Of a stretch of DNA of 64,000 nt, positions 50,028-58,892 are shown piece by piece. The notes beneath the pieces were generated by a model. That model was not told the DNA's origin. It saw only the letters and a program-made list of their open reading frames with translations, and searched no databases. The stretch comes from an uncultured virus (IMG/VR IMGVR_UViG_3300034283_002562). Taxonomy: Duplodnaviria > Heunggongvirae > Uroviricota > Caudoviricetes. A program made the translations under genes and the position numbers. The DNA lies in the IMG/VR virus record IMGVR_UViG_3300034283_002562; one strand, written 5' to 3'. The stretch's first letter is position 1. Each line of letters opens with the position of its first letter.

Positions 50028-50333
50028 TTACTTATTATTGTTGTCAAGTGTTTTTATATTTTCTTCGATAAATTTAATTGCTTCATCGACTGGTAATTCA
50101 CCCACTTCTACATGAAATACATTTCTGTCTTGTGCATGAGCACCATGTGAATTAAATGCTACTGTTGGCAATTCTTTATCAAATTTAGATACCAATCGTT
50201 CATCATTGTATGTATCTAACACTTCTTCAACAACTTCCTTTTTCTTACTGAAAATTGCATCCCAGTTATCTGCAAACTTCTGCCTGTTAACTGGTCTAGC
50301 TGCACTTCCTTTGCCGCCATGCCATCCTGCCAT
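50028..50333 (-). CDS. hypothetical protein
   Basis: GGKGSAARP..NWDAIF motif; SD present. Confidence 0.65.
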   Translation of the reverse strand: MAGWHGGKGSAARPVNRQKFADNWDAIFSKKKEVVEEVLDTYNDERLVSKFDKELPTVAFNSHGAHAQDRNVFHVEVGELPVDEAIKFIEENIKTLDNNNK

Positions 50334-50545
50334 TGTATCTCCGTTACATTTTTGTTGCCAATATAGTTTTGGCTAATTCTTTTGTTGCGATTAAATCATT
50401 CTGACTAAATGAACTTTTAATCTTTTCTGAAAATTCAATTCTTTCTTCTATTGTCATTAATCTATAAATTATTTTTATCAATTCATAATCAAATTCAGTT
50501 GGTTCTTCTAAATTTTCAAACATAAAAGTATTCTTGTCAGTGTGT

Positions 50546-50878
50546 TTAAATTTCAGGTTGAGTTTTTATGAATCGATCAATGTTTTGAATCATCAATTGT
50601 TTCAACCTAACTTTATCATATCCTGGTTCTTCTAAACATTCTGGAAGTGTTAACCGGAATAAAGTTTCTTTTTCTTCATCATATATGGATAATGCCCATA
50701 TCTGTGTTCCACAGAATCCACTAGCAGCTAATAATATCATTTGCCACCCATCACCTTTAATAAAACTATGGGTACGTTGCAATTGTGGTCCAACATTTGT
50801 TTTAAGAAAATCAAAAGTATTAGCTAATCTTTTTTGATAATCTTCTCCATATGATTCGTTTCCGTGTATTACTAGCAT
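50546..50878 (-). CDS. hypothetical protein
   Basis: Start MLVIHG after GAGG; the upstream extension overlaps a tRNA. Confidence 0.6.
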   Translation of the reverse strand: MLVIHGNESYGEDYQKRLANTFDFLKTNVGPQLQRTHSFIKGDGWQMILLAASGFCGTQIWALSIYDEEKETLFRLTLPECLEEPGYDKVRLKQLMIQNIDRFIKTQPEI

Positions 50879-50898
50879 TTGTGCCTCTGTGTTAAAAT

Positions 50899-50972
50899 TG
50901 GTGGAGACTAGGAGAGTTGAACTCCTGATAACGCCGTGCAAGGGCGTGGTTATACCATTTAACTAAATCCCC
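50899..50972 (-). tRNA. tRNA-Ala(UGC)
   Basis: G3:U70, loop CUUGCAC, CCA. Confidence 0.92.
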
Positions 50973-50977
50973 GATAT

Positions 50978-51055
50978 TGGCTCCCATCGCTGGTAACGAT
51001 CCAGCCTCATTCTCGGTTAACAGCCGAGCGCATTCACCATGATTGCTAGATGGGA
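50978..51055 (-). tRNA. tRNA-Asn(GUU), atypical T loop
   Basis: CUCGG-CUGUUAA-CCGAG, T loop AUCGUUA, CCA. Confidence 0.85.
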
Positions 51056-51753
51056 TTTATTCTTTTTTTACCGTTTTGTGGTATAAATTCAGGAACTAAT
51101 TTAGAGAATGCTATTACTAAATTTGGTTTAGAATATTTATACCCAGTTATTCTTACAAACTCATCAAATCCAACATTTTTGTATATACTATACCATTCTA
51201 TATGTTGGTTAATTCGTTGATTTTGTTTTTCTTCTTTTTCTGTTTTTATTTTTGTAAGAAGATTTTCATTTTTAACCAGTCTGGTAGAATATTCATCGAA
51301 ATCTATAATTCGTTTTTTAATCCACCCATCTGGAATTATATCAGTTTTTTTAACTTTTTTGGTTTCACGTAAAGCAATATTACTTATCCATATTGATCCA
51401 TATTGTGAATTTTTTTTACCGGATTGTAATTCACTTTGGATTTTACTAAACTGATATCTTAATAGTTCATATTTCCTTGATGATACGTATCTACATTGAT
51501 TTCCAGATTTACAATATAACATCATAATAAATGCTTTTATCATTTTATTACCATTTGCAGTTCCTGGTTTATATATTTTCATCAATAAGTAATGACATAT
51601 ATAATGTTCTCTAGCAGATAATTTTACTAAATTCATAGGATTATCTGTTCCACCCAATGATTTAGGTATTATATGATGTGTCTCTGTGTATCCATTATAT
51701 TTTTCATTTTGTCTTTTATCAATAATTTGATTGTAAATTTTTCTGTAATTCAT
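51046..51753 (-). CDS. HNH homing endonuclease
   Basis: ETHHIIPKSLGG..NLVKLSAREHYICH; KNSQYGSIWI. Confidence 0.9.
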   Translation of the reverse strand: MNYRKIYNQIIDKRQNEKYNGYTETHHIIPKSLGGTDNPMNLVKLSAREHYICHYLLMKIYKPGTANGNKMIKAFIMMLYCKSGNQCRYVSSRKYELLRYQFSKIQSELQSGKKNSQYGSIWISNIALRETKKVKKTDIIPDGWIKKRIIDFDEYSTRLVKNENLLTKIKTEKEEKQNQRINQHIEWYSIYKNVGFDEFVRITGYKYSKPNLVIAFSKLVPEFIPQNGKKRINPI

Positions 51754-52023
51754 ACTGTTAATCCATTTAACAGTATTTATGCATTTAACAGTTTTATTTA
51801 AAATAGTTTTTGATACTGTTGAAAAAAATCAATCAGTACATCTAACTTTTCCATTGCTTCTTGCTCTGTCATGTTAAATATCCTTTTTGATATATCGACA
51901 ATTATTCTTTTTATAGTTTAGTATCAAGAGTGAGTTGTACCAAGATACCGATCATTCAAAATATTGTTATACAATATCTAAATCTCGCACCGCATGTTAT
52001 TGTAAACTATTTTTTATTTATAT

Positions 52024-52118
52024 TTTATCAGGATGCGTTTTAACATTTTCAATTTATCAGGATGCGTTTTAACATTTTCAATTTATCAGGATGCGTTTTA
52101 ACATTTTCAATTTATCAG
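52024..52118. repeat. 29-bp tandem repeat, 3.3 copies
   Basis: TTTATCAGGATGCGTTTTAACATTTTCAA at 52024, 52053 and 52082. Confidence 0.95.
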
Positions 52119-52153
52119 ATTGACGTTTAAAGTTTGCTGAATGCATCCTAAAA
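52086..52153 (-). ncRNA. CAGCA-stem module 10 with Ile(GAU) anticodon hairpin
   Basis: AGGAUGC/GCAUCCUGA; UCAAU-CUGAUAA-AUUGA. Confidence 0.8.
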
Positions 52154-52157
52154 CTTT

Positions 52158-52250
52158 ACAGGATCTTTTATTTAGTGGACTTGAACCACTTAACTTACGA
52201 TTTAGAGTCGTTTGTATTATCCAAAGGAAAGTTGCTGTAAAGATCCTAAA
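52158..52250 (-). ncRNA. CAGCA-stem module 11 with CUA anticodon hairpin and T arm
   Basis: AGGAUCUUU/AAAGAUCCUGU; ACGA-CUCUAAA-UCGU; AGUGG-UUCAAGU-CCACU. Confidence 0.8.
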
Positions 52251-52251
52251 T

Positions 52252-52866
52252 TTATTTTAAAATTCTACCTTTAGTCCATCCGGGTGGGATGTCAGAGATA
52301 GCATTTATTTTCTTATTCTGTTTAGTTATTATATTATATATCCAAATTGTCCCATATTGGGAGTTTTTACAAGGGTCTGATAGTCTTTCTTTAGCTATTT
52401 TTGACATTTTCTTTTTGGATTCATCAGAGTGTGTTTTTCCAAGAAAAGAACCGATGTTTCCAGAATTTTTTAAAGAAATTTTCCGTTTAGCTTCATCTGT
52501 GTGAGATTTTCCTGTAAAACCACTTGAATTTTTTCCACCTTTGCTGTTTTGGTTGGTTTTGTTATTCAAGTTCAAGGAATTTATATAATCAAATCCACCA
52601 AAACCACCTTTTTTAATGTTATATGTGTTACTTTCTGATATAAAGTCTTCATTTACTATTTCAGCTTCTTTTTTATACATATCACCATGATTATCAAATG
52701 AAAACAAAATTTCTTTTGTAAAATTTTCAATACCATGTTTATTAATGGCATTTTTTAGATATTTCCCTGAACCCATATAGTCATCATTTATATCTGTTGT
52801 TTTATGACTTCCAATATAAATTTTACCATTTATGATGTTTGTTATTTTATAAATCAAATAATACAT
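52252..52866 (-). CDS. GIY-YIG homing endonuclease (Seg-like) with NUMOD3
   Basis: LIYKITN.INGKIYIGSH..YMGSG; GKSHTDE repeats. Confidence 0.9.
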   Translation of the reverse strand: MYYLIYKITNIINGKIYIGSHKTTDINDDYMGSGKYLKNAINKHGIENFTKEILFSFDNHGDMYKKEAEIVNEDFISESNTYNIKKGGFGGFDYINSLNLNNKTNQNSKGGKNSSGFTGKSHTDEAKRKISLKNSGNIGSFLGKTHSDESKKKMSKIAKERLSDPCKNSQYGTIWIYNIITKQNKKINAISDIPPGWTKGRILK

Positions 52867-52938
52867 AAGTGTCCCTCCACGTTATTCTTATGTATTATTT
52901 ATCTTGGTTCAATGTTTACACTTAACATTGAACCCAAA

Positions 52939-53026
52939 GGCGGAAGATGTGAGATTCGAACTCACGCAACCCTTTCGAGGTTGACGGTTTAGCAAACCGC
53001 TCCATTAACCACTCTGGCAACCTTCC
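52939..53026 (-). tRNA. tRNA-Ser(GCU)
   Basis: Type II cloverleaf, loop UUGCUAA; ends in GCC without the final A. Confidence 0.9.
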
Positions 53027-53034
53027 TATATTCA

Positions 53035-53118
53035 TGGTACGTCTGGGCAGATTCGAACTGCCAACTCCGAAGAGTATGGGTTTTAAGCCCACTATGTATT
53101 CCGTTCCATCACAGACGC
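53035..53118 (-). tRNA. tRNA-Leu(UAA)
   Basis: Type II cloverleaf, loop CUUAAAA, CCA. Confidence 0.9.
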
Positions 53119-53134
53119 ATTATATACTTTATTA

Positions 53135-53216
53135 TCAGGTTAGTTGCTTACCAAAAGCAAATCGCATATAGCGACCGGAATCGAACCGACTGTTTATTTT
53201 GCTGTAGCTAACCTAG
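53135..53216 (-). ncRNA. CAGCA-stem module 12 with T-like arm and UGG hairpin
   Basis: AGGUUAG/CUAACCUGA; CGG-UUCGAUU-CCG; UUGCU-UUUGGUA-AGCAA. Confidence 0.75.
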
Positions 53217-53220
53217 AATT

Positions 53221-53295
53221 TGGAGGCAGAGGAAGGAATCGAACCTTCGGCCTTTGGGTTATGAGCCCAACAATCTACCGCTGATATACTCTGCA
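53221..53295 (-). tRNA. tRNA-Met(CAU), initiator-like (second copy)
   Basis: 1:72 mismatch, GGG/CCC anticodon stem, CCA. Confidence 0.88.
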
Positions 53296-53319
53296 TTAAT
53301 TCATTGTGTATATTATACA

Positions 53320-54840
53320 CTAATTTTTAATATTGTCAATCTTTTTAATGTATATTTCATTTCCGATAAACATTGCATCCAAACTTGATGATTGGAACAA
53401 TTCTACAGCATTATCAGGAAATCCAGCCAATGGTTTACCAGCAATGTTCAAACTGGTATTCAAAAGAACTGGACAGTCCGTTATTTTGTAAAATTCGTCA
53501 AGTAAAGTTTTAAATATTATGTTAGTATCATCAACCATTTGAATCCTACATGTCCCATCAACATGTGTAACACCTGGTAAATTATCATGTTTCACATATA
53601 CGGTATATAGCATATATGGATCATTTATGTTTACATGAAACCATTTTTTTGCGTGTTCCGTTAATACCGAAGCACCAAATGGTCTGTATTGTTCACGGTT
53701 TTTTATTTGATTAACAATCTGTCTACTTTGTTTCATCCTAGGATCACATAATATTGATCTATTTCCTAATGCACGTGGACCAACTTCGCCATTTCCTTGA
53801 TACCACCCAATAACCTTACCATCTGCTAACATTTTAGCAGCTATTTTGATCGTATCAATTTCAGGTGTAGTACTGGGTTTGATATCGGATTGACTATATG
53901 GAAAATTGTTTAGTACAAATTTAGGTAATTCATTTTTTATTCGTAACCATTCAATACCGCCTAAACTAGTTCCTTCATCAGATGAATGAGGAGGAATGAT
54001 AACATTTTTATAATGATTTCGTATCTCCGTATTCCAGATCACATTTTGAGCAACACCACCTGAATAAGTTATACAATCGTCAGGAGACGCATACTGTTTA
54101 AATAAATCAACTATAAGTTCACCAACCCTAAAATGAACGGTATGAATCCAATCCAGTAATGTATTTTGTGAAATGGATCTGTCATTCACAAAATTATGCC
54201 ATGTATCAGGAGAAAAGATTTTATTAATAGAATCTATTTCAAAATTACGTAAATATTCAAGAAAATTGGAATGTAACTTCCCATATGATTGGAGGGCCAT
54301 GACTTTTCCAGCAATATCATTGTAATGCCCAGCAGAGATACCTAAATACTTACCAGCATCTCGCATCCCCCACCCAATTGATCCATTAGCTATATTTCCA
54401 AATGCCACAAGAGAATTATCTTTATACACCGACCATGGTCTTGCATCACCCAACCCATCAATTACAATATGCGTAGAAGGAGTTAACGGTGTCATCATCC
54501 ATGAACTTAATGCATGTGAGTAGTGATGACCAATATACCAAATTTCTTTTTCATACGGAAATCCATTTATTTTCAATGTTGCGGCATCTTTATATTTTTG
54601 AGAAATATTGAGGATTTGGTATTTTGATATGTCCACATCTATTATTATTTCATCAATTTCAGATAACTCAAGATTCCATAGTTGATTTATTTCATTAACC
54701 CATGATAGTAAATCTTGATTTCTATATCGTTTTATCTGTTTAGTTCTTTCTAATTTATGATAATGAAGTCGTGTTCCATCATAGTAACATATATTATGGT
54801 CATGGTTCAATGCCGATATTGACAATAGTTTCATATTCAT
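53320..54840 (-). CDS. carbamoyltransferase (NodU/CmcH family)
   Basis: HHYSHA, GKVMAL, SGGVAQN, GPRALGNRS, RPFG and LNTSLN motifs. Confidence 0.9.
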   Translation of the reverse strand: MNMKLLSISALNHDHNICYYDGTRLHYHKLERTKQIKRYRNQDLLSWVNEINQLWNLELSEIDEIIIDVDISKYQILNISQKYKDAATLKINGFPYEKEIWYIGHHYSHALSSWMMTPLTPSTHIVIDGLGDARPWSVYKDNSLVAFGNIANGSIGWGMRDAGKYLGISAGHYNDIAGKVMALQSYGKLHSNFLEYLRNFEIDSINKIFSPDTWHNFVNDRSISQNTLLDWIHTVHFRVGELIVDLFKQYASPDDCITYSGGVAQNVIWNTEIRNHYKNVIIPPHSSDEGTSLGGIEWLRIKNELPKFVLNNFPYSQSDIKPSTTPEIDTIKIAAKMLADGKVIGWYQGNGEVGPRALGNRSILCDPRMKQSRQIVNQIKNREQYRPFGASVLTEHAKKWFHVNINDPYMLYTVYVKHDNLPGVTHVDGTCRIQMVDDTNIIFKTLLDEFYKITDCPVLLNTSLNIAGKPLAGFPDNAVELFQSSSLDAMFIGNEIYIKKIDNIKN

Positions 54841-55280
54841 CCTGTATAAATTGCTTCCCATCCATCTTTTTCAGTAAAAAATCTTACTGCCTTGATATTT
54901 GGATATTCACCAGCATCGAACCAATGTTTTACATTAGCAGGAACACTGATTAAATCATTTGGTCCCACATCAAGTTCATAAACAGTATCAGATACATTAA
55001 AAAAGAACTTTGCAGTACCATGAGTAAATAAACGCATTTCATAATCAGTATGATAATGCTCTTTTTTAAACTGCTCTCTTAATGATTGATAGTTTTTAGT
55101 TGAACTATCTAATACAATAGTATCATTGTAAGGAACATCATAATCATATTTTATTTGTTCTATAATGTTCTCATCTGTTGGAATTCGAACATATAATACA
55201 TGAATATTATCTAATTGTCTAGCAATTTCTTCATAATTCGTGTAAGTAGTAAAATCTTCTTTATCATAAATTTTTAACAT
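54837..55280 (-). CDS. acireductone dioxygenase-like cupin
   Basis: EHYHTDYEMRLF...DLISVPA.VKHWF..G...AVRFF...GW; start MLKIY. Confidence 0.8.
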   Translation of the reverse strand: MLKIYDKEDFTTYTNYEEIARQLDNIHVLYVRIPTDENIIEQIKYDYDVPYNDTIVLDSSTKNYQSLREQFKKEHYHTDYEMRLFTHGTAKFFFNVSDTVYELDVGPNDLISVPANVKHWFDAGEYPNIKAVRFFTEKDGWEAIYTG

Positions 55281-55318
55281 ATTACTACTTATCTTTAGCA
55301 CTATTATAATGCTAAATT

Positions 55319-55391
55319 TGACAGCGCGGGTTAGATTTGAACTCCCAAGAGCGAGTTTGGGCTCGTCATGATACCATTTCATCACCGGGCT
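55319..55391 (-). pseudogene. degenerate tRNA-Trp-like pseudogene
   Basis: D arm GAUGAAAUGGUAUCAU intact; 6-nt loop CCCAAA; broken T and acceptor stems. Confidence 0.55.
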
Positions 55392-55528
55392 AAAAAAATA
55401 AATTCCAGGATAGTTTAATCTCTATGAAACCTCTATCTTCCTATTGAAAGTTATCTGGAACGGGCTAACTCACTCTTGTTTATTTTAATAGGTTAAGAGC
55501 TTAACCGCCACAAAGGGCTCCTATTGTT

Positions 55529-55618
55529 TGGAGGAAGCGGTGAGATTCGAACTCACGGAACCTTGCGGTTCGCCAGTTTTCAAGACTGGTGCAATAGGCC
55601 ATGCTCTGCCACACTTCC
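55529..55618 (-). tRNA. tRNA-Ser(UGA)
   Basis: CCAGU-CUUGAAA-ACUGG, long variable arm, CCA. Confidence 0.9.
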
Positions 55619-55655
55619 ATAATTTGGAGGCCGGTCTATGACCTGCCTCAATAAT

Positions 55656-55733
55656 TGGTACCCTCTCTCAGATTCGAACTGAGACTATACGGTATCTAAA
55701 ACCGTCTCCTCTACCAGATTGGGATAAGAGGGC
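55656..55733 (-). tRNA. tRNA-Leu(UAG) with short variable loop
   Basis: ACGGU-UUUAGAU-ACCGU, A73, CCA. Confidence 0.8.
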
Positions 55734-55820
55734 AAAATTTATTTATTCTAGTTTGCATAAACTATAGAATGCTAGATGTCGGTTGTTTTTAATACAAATC
55801 ATGGATCTATATTAAGTGCT

Positions 55821-56426
55821 TTACTTTATAATTCTTTCAAAATGCACATCTGCCTCATTACCGGTATGACATTCGAGCTCTATAAAGCATCTAAATCCTC
55901 GCTCTTCTAACCATTTAACCACATCTTCAGTTCGGTTGTCTGTATTTTTATACAAATCTGCTTTATATGCGGTTTCACACTTTCCACGTTTAATATTGGT
56001 TATTTTATCACCTAAACTACGCAAAACATTAAAATCATTACCTTGTGCATCAATCCACAAATATTCTACTTCACCTATACCATACATTTCCATAAATGTA
56101 TCTAGCCGAAGAGTCATCACTCGTGCAATATCAGTGATTTGTAGATTCCTACCAGGCCAGTGCTCATAACGATCTTCTTTGAATTCAAATAATGAAGAAC
56201 AACCCCAATCTTCGACGCCTGCAATATTAAATTGTTTAAATCCATTTGTTAAATCAACAGCAGCTGGAATTAGATTCCAATTTGAATTGAATTTAAATTT
56301 ATTTTGTAAATTTACAACTAATGCTGGCGTTGGCTCGAATGAATACACTATATTCCCAGGATCTTGAAGAAAAGTAGCGGTATCATGCCCATCTTTTGCA
56401 CCTATTTCTATAATTGTTTTATTCAT
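55821..56426 (-). CDS. FkbM-family methyltransferase
   Basis: IEIGA, SFEP and LWIDAQG motifs; start MNKT. Confidence 0.85.
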   Translation of the reverse strand: MNKTIIEIGAKDGHDTATFLQDPGNIVYSFEPTPALVVNLQNKFKFNSNWNLIPAAVDLTNGFKQFNIAGVEDWGCSSLFEFKEDRYEHWPGRNLQITDIARVMTLRLDTFMEMYGIGEVEYLWIDAQGNDFNVLRSLGDKITNIKRGKCETAYKADLYKNTDNRTEDVVKWLEERGFRCFIELECHTGNEADVHFERIIK

Positions 56427-56444
56427 AATTCCCTTTTTTATGTT

Positions 56445-56523
56445 TGGCACCCTTGGAAGGACTTGAACCTCCGACAAACCCACGTTCGTAGCGTGGTGCT
56501 CTAATCCACTGAGCTACAAGGGC
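56445..56523 (-). tRNA. tRNA-Arg(ACG)
   Basis: CCACG-CUACGAA-CGUGG, CCA. Confidence 0.9.
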
Positions 56524-56532
56524 TTTATTTCA

Positions 56533-57326
56533 TCAGGATCTGCTTTTTACGGTTTCCTATCCACTAGAAGAACTCTTAAAGTTTGTGTTTGCAATTATCA
56601 AAGTGATATCGTTTCATATTTCCAATTCCACCTATTATATCACAATGAGGACAGCATACTTTAACTTGTGGTCCGCTTTTTATATCTTTGTTCCATGGAG
56701 TTTGCAATCCTGTTTTACCTTTATTCCATGGGGTTTGTCCAGTTTTTCCTTTCTTAATAGCAGACATTTTAGCTCTTTCTGCTGCTGTCCATATTTTTTT
56801 AGGTTTATTAGATCTTTGTTCTTTCAATATTGGCATTACTCTACCCAATCTCCAATTGTCAGGAATTGCAGTGTCAATATCAATAGATCTATTTTCATGT
56901 CCGTTTGTTATCCAGCGTCTTCCATACATCGAGTTGTTGTGACCAGTTCTAGTTTTGGCAGCCAGCTGCATCTTTCGACGTAACCAACCATATAACTTAT
57001 TATTTCTATTTTGATTATCACTGGTCACAGTCATCATAGTAGCAGCATATACTAGTGAGTAATTATCATATATTTTAACCAACAATAGATGTGCTACATA
57101 ATGTTCTTCTGGCGTTAATTTAACCACATTGTCCGGGTCATCTTTCCCGCCCATACATCGTGGAATAATATGATGTTTCTCAAAGTATTCATTATCGAGA
57201 AACGTTCTATTTTTTCCACGATGTATTAATTTTTCATATATAATTTTATAGTTCATATAGTATTTATACTTATGAACCTACGTTCCCGGCCTGGAATGCT
57301 AATTGTATGCGGTATAGATCCTAAAA
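56533..57326 (-). ncRNA. CAGCA-stem module 13, interrupted by an HNH gene
   Basis: 5' arm UAGGAUCUAUACCGCA (57308-57326) and 3' arm CAGAUCCUGA (56533-56542) flank the ORF. Confidence 0.65.
56576..57256 (-). CDS. HNH homing endonuclease
   Basis: EKHHIIPRCMGG..NVVKLTPEEHYVAHLLL; PWNKG repeats. Confidence 0.9.
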   Translation of the reverse strand: MNYKIIYEKLIHRGKNRTFLDNEYFEKHHIIPRCMGGKDDPDNVVKLTPEEHYVAHLLLVKIYDNYSLVYAATMMTVTSDNQNRNNKLYGWLRRKMQLAAKTRTGHNNSMYGRRWITNGHENRSIDIDTAIPDNWRLGRVMPILKEQRSNKPKKIWTAAERAKMSAIKKGKTGQTPWNKGKTGLQTPWNKDIKSGPQVKVCCPHCDIIGGIGNMKRYHFDNCKHKL

Positions 57327-57331
57327 TTGTT

Positions 57332-57607
57332 TTACTTCAATTGTGACTTTCTAAACATTCGGTCCAATTTAGTATTGATATCTTTGCAGAGTTGTTCAGA
57401 TCGTTCTGCTGCTTTTACTGCATTATCAACTTTTGAACTAACAGTTGATAGAGCGCGATTAGTATCTACTAATCCAGTACTCAATGTTTTTTGATTTGTA
57501 GTAATTACATCGATTTCACCTTGTAATTTGGCGATATCTGTGTTTGTTGCACATCCAGTAACCAATGCTAAAGCACCAACCATGAATAACATATTTAATT
57601 TTCTCAT
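57332..57607 (-). CDS. Lpp/OprI-like alanine-zipper lipoprotein
   Basis: Lipobox VTGC, coiled coil, KLDRMFRKSQLK end. Confidence 0.75.
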   Translation of the reverse strand: MRKLNMLFMVGALALVTGCATNTDIAKLQGEIDVITTNQKTLSTGLVDTNRALSTVSSKVDNAVKAAERSEQLCKDINTKLDRMFRKSQLK

Positions 57608-57631
57608 TTTACACCTTTGTTAATTAAAATC

Positions 57632-57725
57632 ACAGGATGATATATTGTTTCGGAGCCGGGAGATTCGAACTCCCAGAAGATACCCGCTTATCGGCTTCGG
57701 CATTTTTGTGCTGTAATCACCCTTA
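57632..57725 (-). ncRNA. CAGCA-stem module 14 with T arm
   Basis: AGGGUGAU/AUCAUCCUGU; GGGAG-UUCGAAU-CUCCC. Confidence 0.75.
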
Positions 57726-57733
57726 TTAATCAG

Positions 57734-58147
57734 TTAAGATAATCGTTCTTTTTCTGATTCCATAAAGCGTGTTCGTTTTACAAGTGATAAAACGAATTCT
57801 GACTCAGCGATTGATTTGGAATCAAGATCAACTCGCAAGTTCAAGAAGTAAGAAACATCATTATGAACCAGTTTAATGGAACTATAGTCTGTTACTTCCG
57901 CAGTGAATGATTTTGGAATTTGAATTACAACATCCATCAATCGTTCGAAATGTTTATCCGCATCAACAAAGTATTGTTCAACAAATGTTTTTAAGTGATG
58001 TGGTGTATTTCTTAATGTTTCGGATTTATAGTTTCTATAATTTCCGACTGAAACTGTTACCGCTTCAATAAGGTCAGTACCAGTGTATCTAGGATACTCA
58101 GGGATTAAGTTGTAAGGTTTTTTTACTTCTTGTTCAATTACTAGCAT
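57734..58147 (-). CDS. hypothetical protein
   Basis: Start MLVIEQ. Confidence 0.6.
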   Translation of the reverse strand: MLVIEQEVKKPYNLIPEYPRYTGTDLIEAVTVSVGNYRNYKSETLRNTPHHLKTFVEQYFVDADKHFERLMDVVIQIPKSFTAEVTDYSSIKLVHNDVSYFLNLRVDLDSKSIAESEFVLSLVKRTRFMESEKERLS

Positions 58148-58175
58148 TATATCATTCCGATAATAGTTAAAAAAT

Positions 58176-58249
58176 TGGCAGGGATACACGGATTCGAACC
58201 ATGGATGACTGGATCAAAACCAGTTGTGTTACCACTACACCATATCCCA
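58176..58249 (-). tRNA. tRNA-Gln(UUG)
   Basis: ACUGG-UUUUGAU-CCAGU, CCA. Confidence 0.9.
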
Positions 58250-58258
58250 ATTGTTATT

Positions 58259-58378
58259 ACAGGTTAGCATTTTAAGTTTTCCCAATTAAACTACATTAGT
58301 GACCAACCCTAACGCTGGGATTCGAACCCAGAACTTTCTTTTACAATAAGATTTAATAAAATTGCTGAAACTAACCTA
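58259..58378 (-). ncRNA. CAGCA-stem module 15, YrlA-like permuted tRNA mimic
   Basis: T arm CUGGG-UUCGAAU-CCCAG, capped stem CGUUAG/CUAAUG, D arm UAGUUUAAUUGGGAAAAC. Confidence 0.8.
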
Positions 58379-58416
58379 TTGGTCTTATTCGCTGGTGACT
58401 AGCCTCGAATATTCTG

Positions 58417-58482
58417 TCAGGATACACATTTTACGGGTTTGATTAGCTGTCAAATGTATGATTGTTGCTGTAGGTATCCTAG
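58417..58482 (-). ncRNA. CAGCA-stem module 16 with Ser(GCU)-like anticodon hairpin
   Basis: AGGAUAC/GUAUCCUGA; UUUGA-CAGCUAA-UCAAA; promoter at 58500-58527. Confidence 0.75.
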
Positions 58483-58536
58483 AACTGTTTATGCTATGTA
58501 TTATACATCATTTTTATTCATTGTCAATATTTATTT

Positions 58537-58611
58537 TGGAGCGGGTAATGAGATTCGAACTCACGACATTCAGGTTGGCAACTTGAAGCTCTACCACTGA
58601 GCTATACCCGC
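58537..58611 (-). tRNA. tRNA-Gly(GCC)
   Basis: Cloverleaf, loop UUGCCAA, U73, CCA. Confidence 0.9.
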
Positions 58612-58618
58612 TCAAAAT

Positions 58619-58693
58619 TGGCGGACTGTACGGAATTTGAATCCGTGATACCACCGTGACAGGGTGGCGTGATAACCGCTTCACTAACAGTCC
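58619..58693 (-). tRNA. tRNA-Asp(GUC)
   Basis: CCACC-CUGUCAC-GGUGG, CCA. Confidence 0.92.
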
Positions 58694-58815
58694 AAAATTG
58701 TTGAGTATCTAACATCATACAATACTCGGGAGACCTCTACCAGCCTCGTTTTTATTACTGAGCCTATCCGAAGATAGTGTTTAAAATGATATTAAGGTTG
58801 CCCAGCTCTAGAGTT

Positions 58816-58892
<77 letters not shown>

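Noticed and set aside
52024..52118. CRISPR array
   Set aside because: The units are contiguous identical 29-mers without spacers, and no cas genes are present.
52197..52211. Amber recoding or a functional suppressor/pyrrolysine tRNA
   Set aside because: No acceptor stem or CCA; ORFs are intact in the standard code and TAG ends conserved genes.
55281..55385. N-terminal ORF extensions overlapping tRNAs or ncRNAs (also 47904-47960, 50879-50941, 56427-56483, 58148-58189)
   Set aside because: Downstream ATGs fit the domain boundaries better, mostly with an SD.
55460..55510. preQ1 riboswitch
   Set aside because: Stem plus A-rich tail resemblance only; the loop does not match the consensus and no queuosine gene follows.
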